The notes under the pieces were generated by a model. It had not been told where the DNA came from and searched no databases. It worked only from the letters and a program-made list of their open reading frames with translations. A DNA stretch of 20,942 bases, taken from NCBI GenBank assembly GCA_050486505.1, contig JBJHDK010000005.1, positions 1 through 20,942 of the forward strand. The letters run 5' to 3'. Positions 1 through 8,065 of this stretch are shown here, piece after piece. This DNA is from Fibrobacteria bacterium. GTDB taxonomy: Bacteria > Fibrobacterota > Fibrobacteria > UBA11236. Both the position numbers and the translations under genes were made by a program. Positions within the stretch are counted from its first letter, which is position 1; each line of letters starts with the position of its first letter.

Positions 1-297
1 ACCTAACCGAGAACCGACTTTCTCAGGATCCTGTGCACCGTGGAAAACTCCGTAAACGATGACAGACGCATCATTGTGCTCGAAATAGATCGCATAAGGG
101 AAGCGACGGATCAGGATTCTTCGAAAGTCATCGAAACGTACGGGGTAAATCCCGGGATCGTTGCTGATACGTGATAATGCCGCATCAGCACACCGGAGAA
201 ACTCTTCACCTAAACCGCGAGCTTGTTCCTCATACCACCAGTACGCGGTGTTAATGTCACTCTGCGCCTTGGGGAGGACGATGATTTCCCTAGGCAC
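1..297 (-). CDS. RelE/ParE-family type II toxin (3' end runs off the window)
   Basis: Hand translation from GTG at 297: MPREIIVLPKAQSDINTAYWWYEEQARGLGEEFLRCADAALSRISNDPGIYPVRFDDFRRILIRRFPYAIYFEHNDASVIVYGVFHGAQDPEKVGSRLG. Has the RRFPYxIYF and VFHxxxDP ParE motifs and overlaps the antitoxin stop. Absent from the ORF track. Confidence 0.9.
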   Translation of the reverse strand, partial: MPREIIVLPKAQSDINTAYWWYEEQARGLGEEFLRCADAALSRISNDPGIYPVRFDDFRRILIRRFPYAIYFEHNDASVIVYGVFHGAQDPEKVGSRLG

Positions 298-508
298 GAC
301 CCGACCGGATGTTTTGCTTCGCCTGTTCCCAAGGAATTCCAACGCCCGGATTGGCCAGGTATTCCGCCTTGCGCTCACGAAGCGTGTTCGCAACGGAAGG
401 GTGATCGGGGAGCGCGTGCTGATCCTCCGCAATGGAATCCCACAGGTCTTCGACCAGCTGAAGCCGTTCGGACAACGGGAGTGCCTTTAATTCGGAGAGA
501 GGGGCCAT
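290..508 (-). CDS. Addiction module antitoxin (TIGR02574-like)
   Basis: MAPLSELKALPLSERLQLVEDLWDSI...IPWEQAKQNI matches the family pattern. Lies directly upstream of the ParE-like toxin. ATG at 508 has TATATT 6 nt upstream. Confidence 0.88.
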   Translation of the reverse strand: MAPLSELKALPLSERLQLVEDLWDSIAEDQHALPDHPSVANTLRERKAEYLANPGVGIPWEQAKQNIRSGRA

Positions 509-681
509 GAGCGAAATATACTCAGGGCGCGGAACGGGGAATTCCCCCACAAACGGAGCATGTGACGCCGGTCACGGCAGTGCGGACGACGACAAAACGC
601 GATGCGCCTCTTTGCCCCTCCTTTGCGGCGATTAAATGCCACGAGAGAACGCAAAGGAAACAAAGAGAGAGGGGGGAAGGA

Positions 682-758
682 TGGTCGGGACGGCGGGATT
701 CGAACCCACGACCCCTTGAACCCCATTCAAGTACTCTACCAGACTGAGCCACGTCCCG
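682..758 (-). tRNA. tRNA-Pro(GGG)
   Basis: Reverse complement CGGGACGTGGCTCAGTCTGGTAGAGTACTTGAATGGGGTTCAAGGGGTCGTGGGTTCGAATCCCGCCGTCCCGACCA: 77-nt cloverleaf, anticodon GGG, encoded CCA. Confidence 0.97.
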
Positions 759-867
759 AACAGGCGGGTCAATGTAGATGCGTGCCTGCCGAACGTCAAT
801 GCAATTGTCCGCGAAGCGGCCCCAAACAGGGGAAAAAACCGGAATCGGGGCCCCCCATCCTTTTAAT

Positions 868-1052
868 GTGGGGGTGTGCCGTGTGGTCACGCGTCCCTTG
901 GGGAGGCTCCGTTGAAAGAGGCCGCAGGATTTGACTCCTCCGGCTCCTGTGCTCGAAACCGTTGGTTCCAACCGTGAGATCGACCGGTTTCGAGAGGTCG
1001 CCTGCGGAGTTAAATCCTGCGGCCGAATCGACACGGCATCCAGGATCCCCAC
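868..1052. ncRNA. Candidate structured RNA (long rod-like fold, 6S RNA-sized)
   Basis: Nested inverted repeats: 868-873/1047-1052, 877-884/1031-1038, 920-938/1006-1024 (19 bp, one G.U) and 952-961/985-994 (10 bp). Confidence 0.4.
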
Positions 1053-1132
1053 GGGTTTCGTCCCGGGCGGCCCGGAGTTAAATTTGCCGCCTCGCATATC
1101 CATACGAAAACCCGAAATCACACGGAGACACT

Positions 1133-2794
1133 GTGAAAGACCTGTCCGCGCTCGATCGTCAACGCAAGGCCTACCAACCCAAGCTCCCCCCCGCCCTGGC
1201 GCAGGGCGCCGACCACGTCTCCGTGAAGGCGGGCGCGGCCACCGAGCCGGTGAAGGACAAGGAAGCGATCAAGCTGGCGTTTCCGAACACCTACGGCATG
1301 CCCTTGCTCGACTTTGCCGCGGGCGAAGCATCGGGGGGCGAGGCGAAGGCCCTGAAGGTGGGGGTGGTTCTCTCCGGCGGCCAGGCTCCGGGCGGGCACA
1401 ATGTGATCGCCGGAATCTTCGACGCGGTGCGCGCGATCCACAAGGACAGCCAGGTGATCGGATTCACCGGCGGTCCCGGCGGATTGGAGCACGGCAAGTA
1501 CGAAGTCATTACTCCCGAGCTCATGGATGCGTATCGCAACACGGGCGGGTTCGACATCATCGGCTCGGGCCGCACCAAGCTCGAGACGACGGAGCAGTTC
1601 GACCGCTGCATCGAGGTGATCAAGAAGCTGTCGCTCGACGCGGTGGTGATCATCGGCGGCGATGATTCGAACACGAATGCCGCCGTGCTGGCGGAGTATT
1701 TCCTCGCGAAGGGTTTGAAGACCTGCGTGGTCGGCGTGCCCAAGACCATCGACGGCGATTTGAAGAACGCGCAGATCCCCACCTCGTTCGGGTTTGACAC
1801 GGCGGTGAAGACCTACTCCGAGCTGATCGGCAATATCGCGCGCGACGCGCGCTCAGCCCGCAAGTACTGGCACTTCATCAAGCTCATGGGCCGCTCGGCC
1901 AGCCACATCACGCTGGAGGCGGGCCTGCAGACGCGCGCCAACGTGACCTTGATCTCCGAGGAGATCGAAGCGAAGAAGATGACGCTCGACCAGGTGGTGG
2001 AGCAGATTGTGCGTCCCATCAAGGCGCGCGCGGCGCAGGGGAAGAACTACGGGGTGGTGTTGGTGCCCGAGGGACTCGTGGAGTTCGTGCCCGCACTCAA
2101 GGCGCTGGTGGCCGAAGTGAACCACCTGCTGGCGGAGAAGGAGACGGAGTTCTCGAAACTCGAGACCACCGCCGACAAGATCGCCACGCTGGCGGGTTGG
2201 TTGAAGCCGCAGAACGCCGCGACCTTCAAGTCGCTGCCGGCTTCGATTCAGGCGCAGCTGCTGCTCGACCGCGATCCGCACGGCAACGTGCAGGTGTCGC
2301 TGATCGAGACCGAGAAGCTGCTGTCGGAGATCGTGGCGGGCAAGCTGAAGGACGATGCGGAGTACAAGGCGGCGGGCGGCAAGTTCACCGCGCAGCATCA
2401 CTTCTTCGGGTACGAGGGTCGCGCGGCGGCGCCGTCCAACTTCGATGCCGACTATTGCTACGGGCTCGGCTCCGTCGCGGCGGTGCTGGTGCGCAACGGG
2501 AAGACGGGTTACATGGCTTCCATCCGCAACCTGTCGAAGGGCCCGGCGAACTGGATCGCGGGCGGCATTCCCATCACCATGCTCTTCAACATGGAGTCGC
2601 GCCACGGTCGACTCAAGCCGGTGATCCAGAAAGCCTTGGTCGAGCTCGAAAGCCCGGCGTTCAAGGAGCTGGTCGCGCATCGCGCGGAGTGGGAAGTCGA
2701 GGACGCGTATTTGTTCCCCGGCCCGATCCAGTACTTCGGTCCCGCGGAGGTTTGCGATGCGATTACGAGGACGTTGGAACTGGAGAGGGGATAG
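1133..2794 (+). CDS. pfp: Pyrophosphate-dependent phosphofructokinase (diphosphate--fructose-6-phosphate 1-phosphotransferase, long clade)
   Basis: 553 aa with SGGQAPGGHN, GGDDSN, PKTIDGD and MGRSASH motifs. GGDD plus PKTID is the PPi-specificity signature. Confidence 0.96.
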   Translation: MKDLSALDRQRKAYQPKLPPALAQGADHVSVKAGAATEPVKDKEAIKLAFPNTYGMPLLDFAAGEASGGEAKALKVGVVLSGGQAPGGHNVIAGIFDAVRAIHKDSQVIGFTGGPGGLEHGKYEVITPELMDAYRNTGGFDIIGSGRTKLETTEQFDRCIEVIKKLSLDAVVIIGGDDSNTNAAVLAEYFLAKGLKTCVVGVPKTIDGDLKNAQIPTSFGFDTAVKTYSELIGNIARDARSARKYWHFIKLMGRSASHITLEAGLQTRANVTLISEEIEAKKMTLDQVVEQIVRPIKARAAQGKNYGVVLVPEGLVEFVPALKALVAEVNHLLAEKETEFSKLETTADKIATLAGWLKPQNAATFKSLPASIQAQLLLDRDPHGNVQVSLIETEKLLSEIVAGKLKDDAEYKAAGGKFTAQHHFFGYEGRAAAPSNFDADYCYGLGSVAAVLVRNGKTGYMASIRNLSKGPANWIAGGIPITMLFNMESRHGRLKPVIQKALVELESPAFKELVAHRAEWEVEDAYLFPGPIQYFGPAEVCDAITRTLELERG

Positions 2795-2820
2795 GATCCC
2801 CGCGACGTTGTCGTGCATCC

Positions 2821-2911
2821 GGGCGACCCGGCGGGTCGCCCTTACACGCCTGCGACGTCAATGGTTCTGTGATAACGCAGGCGTGTAAGGGCGAGGCGTT
2901 GCCTCGCCCTT
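2821..2911. repeat. REPIN/BIME-like pair of GTAG-type REP palindromes between convergent genes; probable bidirectional terminator
   Basis: GGGCGACCCGGCGGGTCGCCC-TTACA (2821-2846) and TGTA-AGGGCGAGGC GTT GCCTCGCCCT (2884-2910), joined by the inverted repeat CCCTTACACGCCTGCG/CGCAGGCGTGTAAGGG. Confidence 0.8.
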
Positions 2912-3597
2912 CATGACCGGAGTTCCGCGATCTCCTCCCCCGTCAGCTTTCTCCACTTCCCCTCAGGCACATCCCCGAGCGCAATGCCGCCGAAGGCGAC
3001 GCGCTTGAGGTCGGTGACGTGGTGGCCCAGCGCCTGCAGGAGGCGGCGGATCTCGCGCTTTTTGCCTTCGGTGAGGGTCAGCCGGTAGCCGGTCTTGGTG
3101 GTTTCGACTTCCTTGCAGCGGAAGACCACGTCGGGTTCGACTTCGACGCCACCGAGCAAATCCTGGATGTCTTCGTCGGTGAGGGGGTAGCGCGTGCGCA
3201 CGGCGTAGATGCGCGGGATCGCGTTGCGGGGGTGGGTCAGGTGCAGGGTGAAGTCGCCGTCGCTGGTGAAGAACAGGAGGCCTCGGCTGTCCATGTCCAA
3301 ACGGCCCACGTAGTGCAGGTTCTGGTATTCGGGCGGGAGGAGGTCGTACACGGTGGGGCGGCCGTGGGTGTCGCCGCGCGAGCAGACGTAGCCGGCGGGT
3401 TTGTTGAAGAGGATGTAGGCGTGTTCGTCCGCGGGTTTGACGGGCTTGCCGTCCATCGCGACGACGTCGTCATCGCCCACGGCGGTGCCGAGTTCGGCGG
3501 GTTCGCCGTTGACGGTGATGCGGCCGAAGCGGATGAGGTCTTCGACCGAGCGGCGGCTGCCGAGGCCGCAGAGTGCGAGGTAACGGTTGAGTCTCAT
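2911..3597 (-). CDS. rRNA pseudouridine synthase, RsuA/RluB family
   Basis: 228 aa from ATG 3597 (MRLNRYLA..SRR, S4 domain), with NKPAGY, catalytic GRLD and EGKKREIRR. The ORF-track extension to 3672 lies inside a tRNA-like element. Confidence 0.95.
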   Translation of the reverse strand: MRLNRYLALCGLGSRRSVEDLIRFGRITVNGEPAELGTAVGDDDVVAMDGKPVKPADEHAYILFNKPAGYVCSRGDTHGRPTVYDLLPPEYQNLHYVGRLDMDSRGLLFFTSDGDFTLHLTHPRNAIPRIYAVRTRYPLTDEDIQDLLGGVEVEPDVVFRCKEVETTKTGYRLTLTEGKKREIRRLLQALGHHVTDLKRVAFGGIALGDVPEGKWRKLTGEEIAELRS

Positions 3598-3641
3598 ATT
3601 AACTAGAACGGTAAAACTTAATATGGCGCGAGTAGATAAGG

Positions 3642-3740
3642 TGGAGATGGTGGGACTCGAACCCACAACCATCGCTTCCTAAACTATTCCCGAGAAGAGC
3701 ATAGGAAGGCGACTGCTCTGCCATTAAGAGCTACACCCCC
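3642..3740 (-). ncRNA. tRNA-like RNA with 26 extra nt in the anticodon arm and a G3.U70/A73 acceptor
   Basis: GGGGGTG-TA-GCTC TTAATGGCA GAGC-A-GTCGC-[CTTCCTATGCTCTTCTCGGGAATAGTTTAGGAA]-GCGAT-GGTT-GTGGG TTCGAGT CCCAC-CATCTCC-A. D and T arms are canonical. The genome continues CCT, not CCA. Confidence 0.8.
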
Positions 3741-3749
3741 AAAATTTTG

Positions 3750-3845
3750 AGCAAGACCCGTCACAACTGGAATTGAACCAGTAACCACCGTTCTCTGTGA
3801 TGGCCGATTTAACCAAAATCGGGAAATGCGATTTTGGGTCTCACT
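3750..3845 (-). ncRNA. Second tRNA-like cloverleaf with elongated, bulged closing stem
   Basis: AGTGAGACCC/GGGTCTTGCT (10 bp), TCGCA/TGTGA, CCGATTT-TGGTT-AAATCGG, CCATC-9 nt-GGTGG and a T-arm ACTGG-TTCAATT-CCAGT. Confidence 0.6.
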
Positions 3846-3850
3846 GAGAA

Positions 3851-3885
3851 AATATAGAATATGCGGTGGATGAAATAAAGCAAAA
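3851..3885 (-). promoter_or_regulatory. Putative sigma70-type promoter for the tRNA-like RNAs
   Basis: Minus-strand TATATT (3856-3851) ends 5 nt before the 5' stem of the second element. AT-rich upstream sequence includes TTGCTT. Confidence 0.45.
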
Positions 3886-4094
3886 AGTTACAAAAATAAC
3901 ATTGTGTACTAAGATTAAGAGTATCTAGGATATTCGTAGTGTCGAAACAGTCTCTAATATCTGAATGCCCCGCCTTCCCGCAGTGGCAAGTGTTTTGATC
4001 CGATTCTCTTGCCGCGTAGCCTCATCATCGCACAGTCATTGTTTTTTGGCACGGAAGAAATTCTTGAGTTCTGTGGATTTGAGTTAATCGGCTT

Positions 4095-4526
4095 TCAGTT
4101 CTCCCCGAAGACGCGGATCCCTTCCTTCTTCGCGGCCCGCACCAGCTCCTTGTCGAAGCACACGAAGGTGACGTCGGGTTGAACCTTTCTGAGCTGGAGC
4201 AGGCAGAACAGGTGCCCGGCATCCGCGGCCCGCAGACGATGCTTGTCCAGCAGCTTTCGGACCATCGCATGATGACCTGCCTGAGGTTCAATGCCGAGAA
4301 AGTCGAAGAATGAGAGGTAGTGATTGAGCAGCTTCAAATCTTCCGGTGCCGCAGTTCTGCGCATCACGGCTCCATGAGCCTCCATTTCCATCCAGTTCCA
4401 TGAGTAGTTCTTGTCCGTCGCGATGTGAGCCTTGCGGGCTGCGGATGTATGCGGCTCCTGAAAGATCAGCGCCAGGATGGCGCTTGCATCCCAATACTGG
4501 ACTGAATTGTGCGAAGGTTTGGACAT
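4095..4526 (-). CDS. VapC/PIN-domain type II toxin
   Basis: YWDASAIL N-terminal PIN motif, LRAADAGHL, FVCFDKELxxAA; downstream of a Phd antitoxin. Confidence 0.88.
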   Translation of the reverse strand: MSKPSHNSVQYWDASAILALIFQEPHTSAARKAHIATDKNYSWNWMEMEAHGAVMRRTAAPEDLKLLNHYLSFFDFLGIEPQAGHHAMVRKLLDKHRLRAADAGHLFCLLQLRKVQPDVTFVCFDKELVRAAKKEGIRVFGEN

Positions 4527-4536
4527 GATCGGAGTC

Positions 4537-4857
4537 TCAATAATCCCGCTCGTTCCGAATCATTTCCATGGTGGAAATATCCGTTCTGCCATCGGGAGCG
4601 ACTCTGGGAGAAACCTTTGCCGAGCGGAACGGCTTGGGTTCTGTTTCGCGCAGATACAGCTTAACGTTCTTTTTCGCCGCTTCCTCAAGCAGGCGTTCCC
4701 GTTCGATTTTCCACGAAGGGATTTTGGATTTCTTCGTCACGGGCGCGAGGGTGGCGACGGGTTTGTTGCGCAGCATCACGGTGATGGTTTCTCCCTGTTC
4801 GACGAGCCGCAGGTAGTGGCTGAGGCGGTTTTTGAGTTCGGCGGTTTTGACCTTCAT
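4537..4857 (-). CDS. Phd/YefM-family antitoxin
   Basis: MKVKTAELKNRLSHYLRLVEQGETITVMLRNKPVATLAP is the Phd/YefM N-terminal signature. Confidence 0.92.
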   Translation of the reverse strand: MKVKTAELKNRLSHYLRLVEQGETITVMLRNKPVATLAPVTKKSKIPSWKIERERLLEEAAKKNVKLYLRETEPKPFRSAKVSPRVAPDGRTDISTMEMIRNERDY

Positions 4858-4891
4858 AGTTGGCCAAGTTAGTCAAAAAACATGGCCAACT
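4858..4891. promoter_or_regulatory. Probable TA autorepression operator
   Basis: Inverted repeat AGTTGGCCA (4858-4866) / TGGCCAACT (4883-4891) abutting the antitoxin start codon. Confidence 0.6.
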
Positions 4892-5048
4892 TGGAGAGGG
4901 CCTTTCCGCTGTCGGTGCAGGGAGATCAAACGTCGTGCCACGTTAAAAGCGGGGAAATTTCCGGAAAAACGCGGGCAAGGGTGAAAAACGGGGAAATGAA
5001 GCCGGGAAGATGCACGTCCGGATCCGGGCGCAACAGCGGGGCGAAATG

Positions 5049-5432
5049 CTACGGCTTTTCCGGAGATTGCGGATCGGCGGGAGGCGCGGGCGCGTCGGCT
5101 TCGGAAGTACCGGCGGTCACATCCGGAAGTCTCGAGGCGAACTCCTTCATCAACCGGTCGGGCTGGGTGAGGAATTCACGCGCGATGCCAACGGCGACAT
5201 CCACCGAGTCTTGCCCGTGGCGTTCGACCCAGCCGGCGACGAGCGCGGACGTGTCCGTTCCCAAAGGCTTGCCGTCGCGCAGTTCCGCGGCCATGGTCAG
5301 CGCGAGGCGCATGCCGAGGCCGCTGCGCAGTCGCTCGATGTTCTCGGTGCGGCCGATCAGGTCGTCGAGCCGCTTCAAGGTTTCGTCCAGGTGCGCGGCG
5401 TCGAGGTGGGCCATGCGTTGTTGATCCGTCAC
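5049..5432 (-). CDS. Hypothetical protein (127 aa)
   Basis: GTGA overlap with the radical SAM stop suggests translational coupling; helical-looking sequence; no family recognised. Confidence 0.7.
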   Translation of the reverse strand: MTDQQRMAHLDAAHLDETLKRLDDLIGRTENIERLRSGLGMRLALTMAAELRDGKPLGTDTSALVAGWVERHGQDSVDVAVGIAREFLTQPDRLMKEFASRLPDVTAGTSEADAPAPPADPQSPEKP

Positions 5433-8065
5433 GGGTGGGCCCCCTGTGAGGGCGACCCGGCGGGTCGCCCGTACATGTGTGCCGGGTCGATCGGGCCCCC
5501 CAGGGTGAAATCAACCTTGGCCAGCGCCTCGCCGCGCAGGTCTTCGGGGTCGACGCCGAGGACGAGGGCGAAGATGGCGTAGGGGCTCATGGTCGATCCG
5601 TTCTCGGCGGCGCGGAGGCGGAGGTTCAGATGGCCGTCTTCGATCCAGGATTCGATGACCTCATCCTGGGCCTGAATGGTTTTGTCGCGGTGCATGCCCG
5701 CGGGAACGAGTCCATTCCGCAGACGCCCCAAACCTTGCTCGAGCGCGGAGAGGCCCCCCGAATAACTCTTGTCGAGACGGTACAATACGCTTTCGGTGCG
5801 CGGGACTTTCGGGAGCGCAGTCGGTTCGAGCGCGATGACGTCCATGCCTTCGGGAAGGCATTCGGAGAGACGGGCGCATGTGGTGTCCGCATCATCCAGT
5901 TTCCGCGAGAACTCGACGATGAGCATTTCACGGCGCGATTCGAGACCGAGCGGGAGGGCGCCGGTGTTCTTGATCTGCGGGCGCGGGTTGTATCCCGACG
6001 ACATGCGCACGGGGAGGCGCAGGCGGCGGAAGGCCTTTTCGAAAAGGTCGAGCGTGTTCTGGTGCGCGATGAAGCGGGAGAGCCCGGTCTTGCGGTAGAT
6101 GAGGCGGTGGGGGAACGATCCGTCGGAGTTGCGCGTGCGGCGCTCGGCGGCCATGGCGGCGATCTCTTGCGGCGTCCTGCTTTTGGCGACATGGCGCACG
6201 GGATCGAGGCCCAGCTGCGTGTCCTCTCCGTTGCCGGGGATGCCGCACTTTTGGCAGTCGCCCCATTTGCAGTCGGGCACGGGCGCGGCGTCTTCCTTGA
6301 ACATCTTCTTGTATTCGTTCTTCAAATACCCTTTGTTCGCGCCGGCGTGGATGAAGTCCCAGGGGAACACTTCGTCCATCTCGCGCGTGTCGTAGATGCG
6401 CGACATGTCGTAGTTGTTCTCGTCCCAGATCTTCTTCCATCCCTCGAAGGAGAAATGTTCGCCGAAGGATTCGAAGACCATGCCGCGCTTGTAGGCCTCG
6501 TAGATCATCGACGACAACGAACGGTCGCCGCGCGAGTAGAAGCTTTCGACCCAGGCCAGACCGTAGTCGGCCCAGGTGATGCGCACGCCCTTGGTGTAGC
6601 GGAAGGCCTCGCGCACGTAGTCGATGTGGCGCTTCACCGTGGGCTCGTCCATGAAGGCCACCCACTGCATGGGGGTGAACGGCTTGGGGATGAGGATGCC
6701 GATGTTGGCGTGCACGGTATTCCTCGGATTGTGTTTCCTGGCAATCGCGTGCAGGTTGCGGATGAGTCCGCAGAAGGCTTCCATGTCTTCGAGGTTCTCG
6801 GTGGGGAACCCGATCATGGTGTAGAGCTTGATGTTGTGGAAGCCGCTTTGAAAGACGCCTTCGGCGGCTTCGTACATGTCTTTGTCGCTGATGGTCTTGT
6901 TGATCATCTTGCGGATGCGTTCGGATCCGGTCTCGGGCGCGAAGGTCGTGCTCTTGCCGCCGGTGAGCGCTGCCGCCTTGCGGGCGATGTTCTGCCCGAA
7001 GCTGTTGGCGCGCAACGAGGGCAGCGACAGGTCCATGCCGTCGAAGCTTTCGTCTTCGACCATGTAGTCGAGCACTTTTTCAACGGGCTTGTAGTCGGCG
7101 GTCGAGAGCGACAGCAGTCCGAGTTCGCGCTCGCCGGTGGCCTCCATGCCGCGCTTGGCGAGGTCGATGGTGTCGTCGGCGCTGAGCTCGCGGTTGGGGC
7201 GGTACCAGTAACCGGCCTGGCAGAAGCGGCAGCCTTGCGTGCAGCCGCGCATGACTTCGACCGAAAAGCGGTCGTGCACGAGTTTCATGTGGGGGACGAG
7301 GTTTTTCACCGGATAATCGGCGGGGTCGAGTTTTTCGACCCAGTGTCGCTTCACGCTCTTCGCCCGGAGGTAGGGACCCTGCGAGGCCTCGACCTGCGGG
7401 ACGGTTTCTCCGCGGGCGTTGGTGGTGACGTCGAGCAGGGCGGGCACATACACGCCGCGCAGCTCGGCCGCTTCGCGCAGGATGTCGATGCGCGCCTTGC
7501 CGGCGCGGCGCCCTTCGCCGAAGAGGCGCAGCAGCTTGGGCGCGAGGCCCTCGCCGTCGCCGATGACGAAGAGATCGAAGAAGTCGGCCACCGGCTCGGG
7601 ATTGGCCATGCACGGCCCGCCACCGATGACGAAGGGCTCCAGCTCGCCGCGATCGCGCGCGAAGGCGGTGACGCCGCCGAGTTCGAGGACGTAGGGGACG
7701 TTGGTGAAGTTGAGCTCGGTTTGCAGCGAGATGCCGACGGCGGTGAATTCGGAGATGGAGCGGTACGATTCGAGCGTGTACAACGGAATCCCCGCAGCGC
7801 GCATGGCGTCGCCCATGTCGGGCATGGGTGCGAACGCCCGCTCGGCGGCGAGGTCGTCTTCGCGGTTGAAGAGGTGGTAGAGCACCTTGGTGCCGTTGTG
7901 CGACATGCCGAGCTCGTAGGCGTCGGGGAAGACGAGGGCGATGGAGGCGAGCAGCGACCCGGGATCTTTGACGACCTGGTTCGCCTCGCCGCCGAGGTAG
8001 CGTCCGGGGTTTTTGACCTTGGGGAGGATGCGCGGGAGCGCGGTGCGGATTTCGGCTGGATTCAT
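5429..8065 (-). CDS. B12-binding radical SAM protein (TIGR03960-like) fused to a C-terminal DUF2344/TIGR03936-like domain
   Basis: FPDAYELGMS, RGCTQGCRFCQAG (CxxxCxxC), TFAPETGSER, IPKPFTPMQW, C-terminal CxxxxCxxC cluster, then FIAHQ..FRRLRLPVRMSSGYNPRP. Confidence 0.92.
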   Translation of the reverse strand: MNPAEIRTALPRILPKVKNPGRYLGGEANQVVKDPGSLLASIALVFPDAYELGMSHNGTKVLYHLFNREDDLAAERAFAPMPDMGDAMRAAGIPLYTLESYRSISEFTAVGISLQTELNFTNVPYVLELGGVTAFARDRGELEPFVIGGGPCMANPEPVADFFDLFVIGDGEGLAPKLLRLFGEGRRAGKARIDILREAAELRGVYVPALLDVTTNARGETVPQVEASQGPYLRAKSVKRHWVEKLDPADYPVKNLVPHMKLVHDRFSVEVMRGCTQGCRFCQAGYWYRPNRELSADDTIDLAKRGMEATGERELGLLSLSTADYKPVEKVLDYMVEDESFDGMDLSLPSLRANSFGQNIARKAAALTGGKSTTFAPETGSERIRKMINKTISDKDMYEAAEGVFQSGFHNIKLYTMIGFPTENLEDMEAFCGLIRNLHAIARKHNPRNTVHANIGILIPKPFTPMQWVAFMDEPTVKRHIDYVREAFRYTKGVRITWADYGLAWVESFYSRGDRSLSSMIYEAYKRGMVFESFGEHFSFEGWKKIWDENNYDMSRIYDTREMDEVFPWDFIHAGANKGYLKNEYKKMFKEDAAPVPDCKWGDCQKCGIPGNGEDTQLGLDPVRHVAKSRTPQEIAAMAAERRTRNSDGSFPHRLIYRKTGLSRFIAHQNTLDLFEKAFRRLRLPVRMSSGYNPRPQIKNTGALPLGLESRREMLIVEFSRKLDDADTTCARLSECLPEGMDVIALEPTALPKVPRTESVLYRLDKSYSGGLSALEQGLGRLRNGLVPAGMHRDKTIQAQDEVIESWIEDGHLNLRLRAAENGSTMSPYAIFALVLGVDPEDLRGEALAKVDFTLGGPIDPAHMYGRPAGSPSQGAHP
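5450..5475. repeat. REP palindrome inside the 3' end of the radical SAM gene
   Basis: GGGCGACCCGGCGGGTCGCCC (5450-5470) is identical to 2821-2841 and is followed by GTACA. Confidence 0.85.

Noticed and set aside
885..950. c-di-GMP-I riboswitch (GGTCACGC..GAAAGAG..CCTCCGGC similarity)
   Set aside because: The core GGCAAA and GCAAAG elements are absent.
522..1121. 199-aa minus-strand ORF and other short ORFs across 487-934
   Set aside because: They overlap the tRNA-Pro gene and have no protein-like features.
3598..3672. ORF-track N-terminal extensions (3672, 9723, 11073, 15200, 16040, 16856, 18511, 19515)
   Set aside because: Downstream starts have better RBS, overlap or signal-peptide support, and the extensions cross RNA elements, repeats or neighbouring genes.
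3642..3740. tmRNA, tRNA-Sec or YrlA Y RNA assignment
   Set aside because: It has a D-stem and no mRNA-like domain (not tmRNA), no UCA anticodon or long variable arm (not Sec), and is not circularly permuted with no Ro60/TROVE gene in the window (YrlA unsupported).
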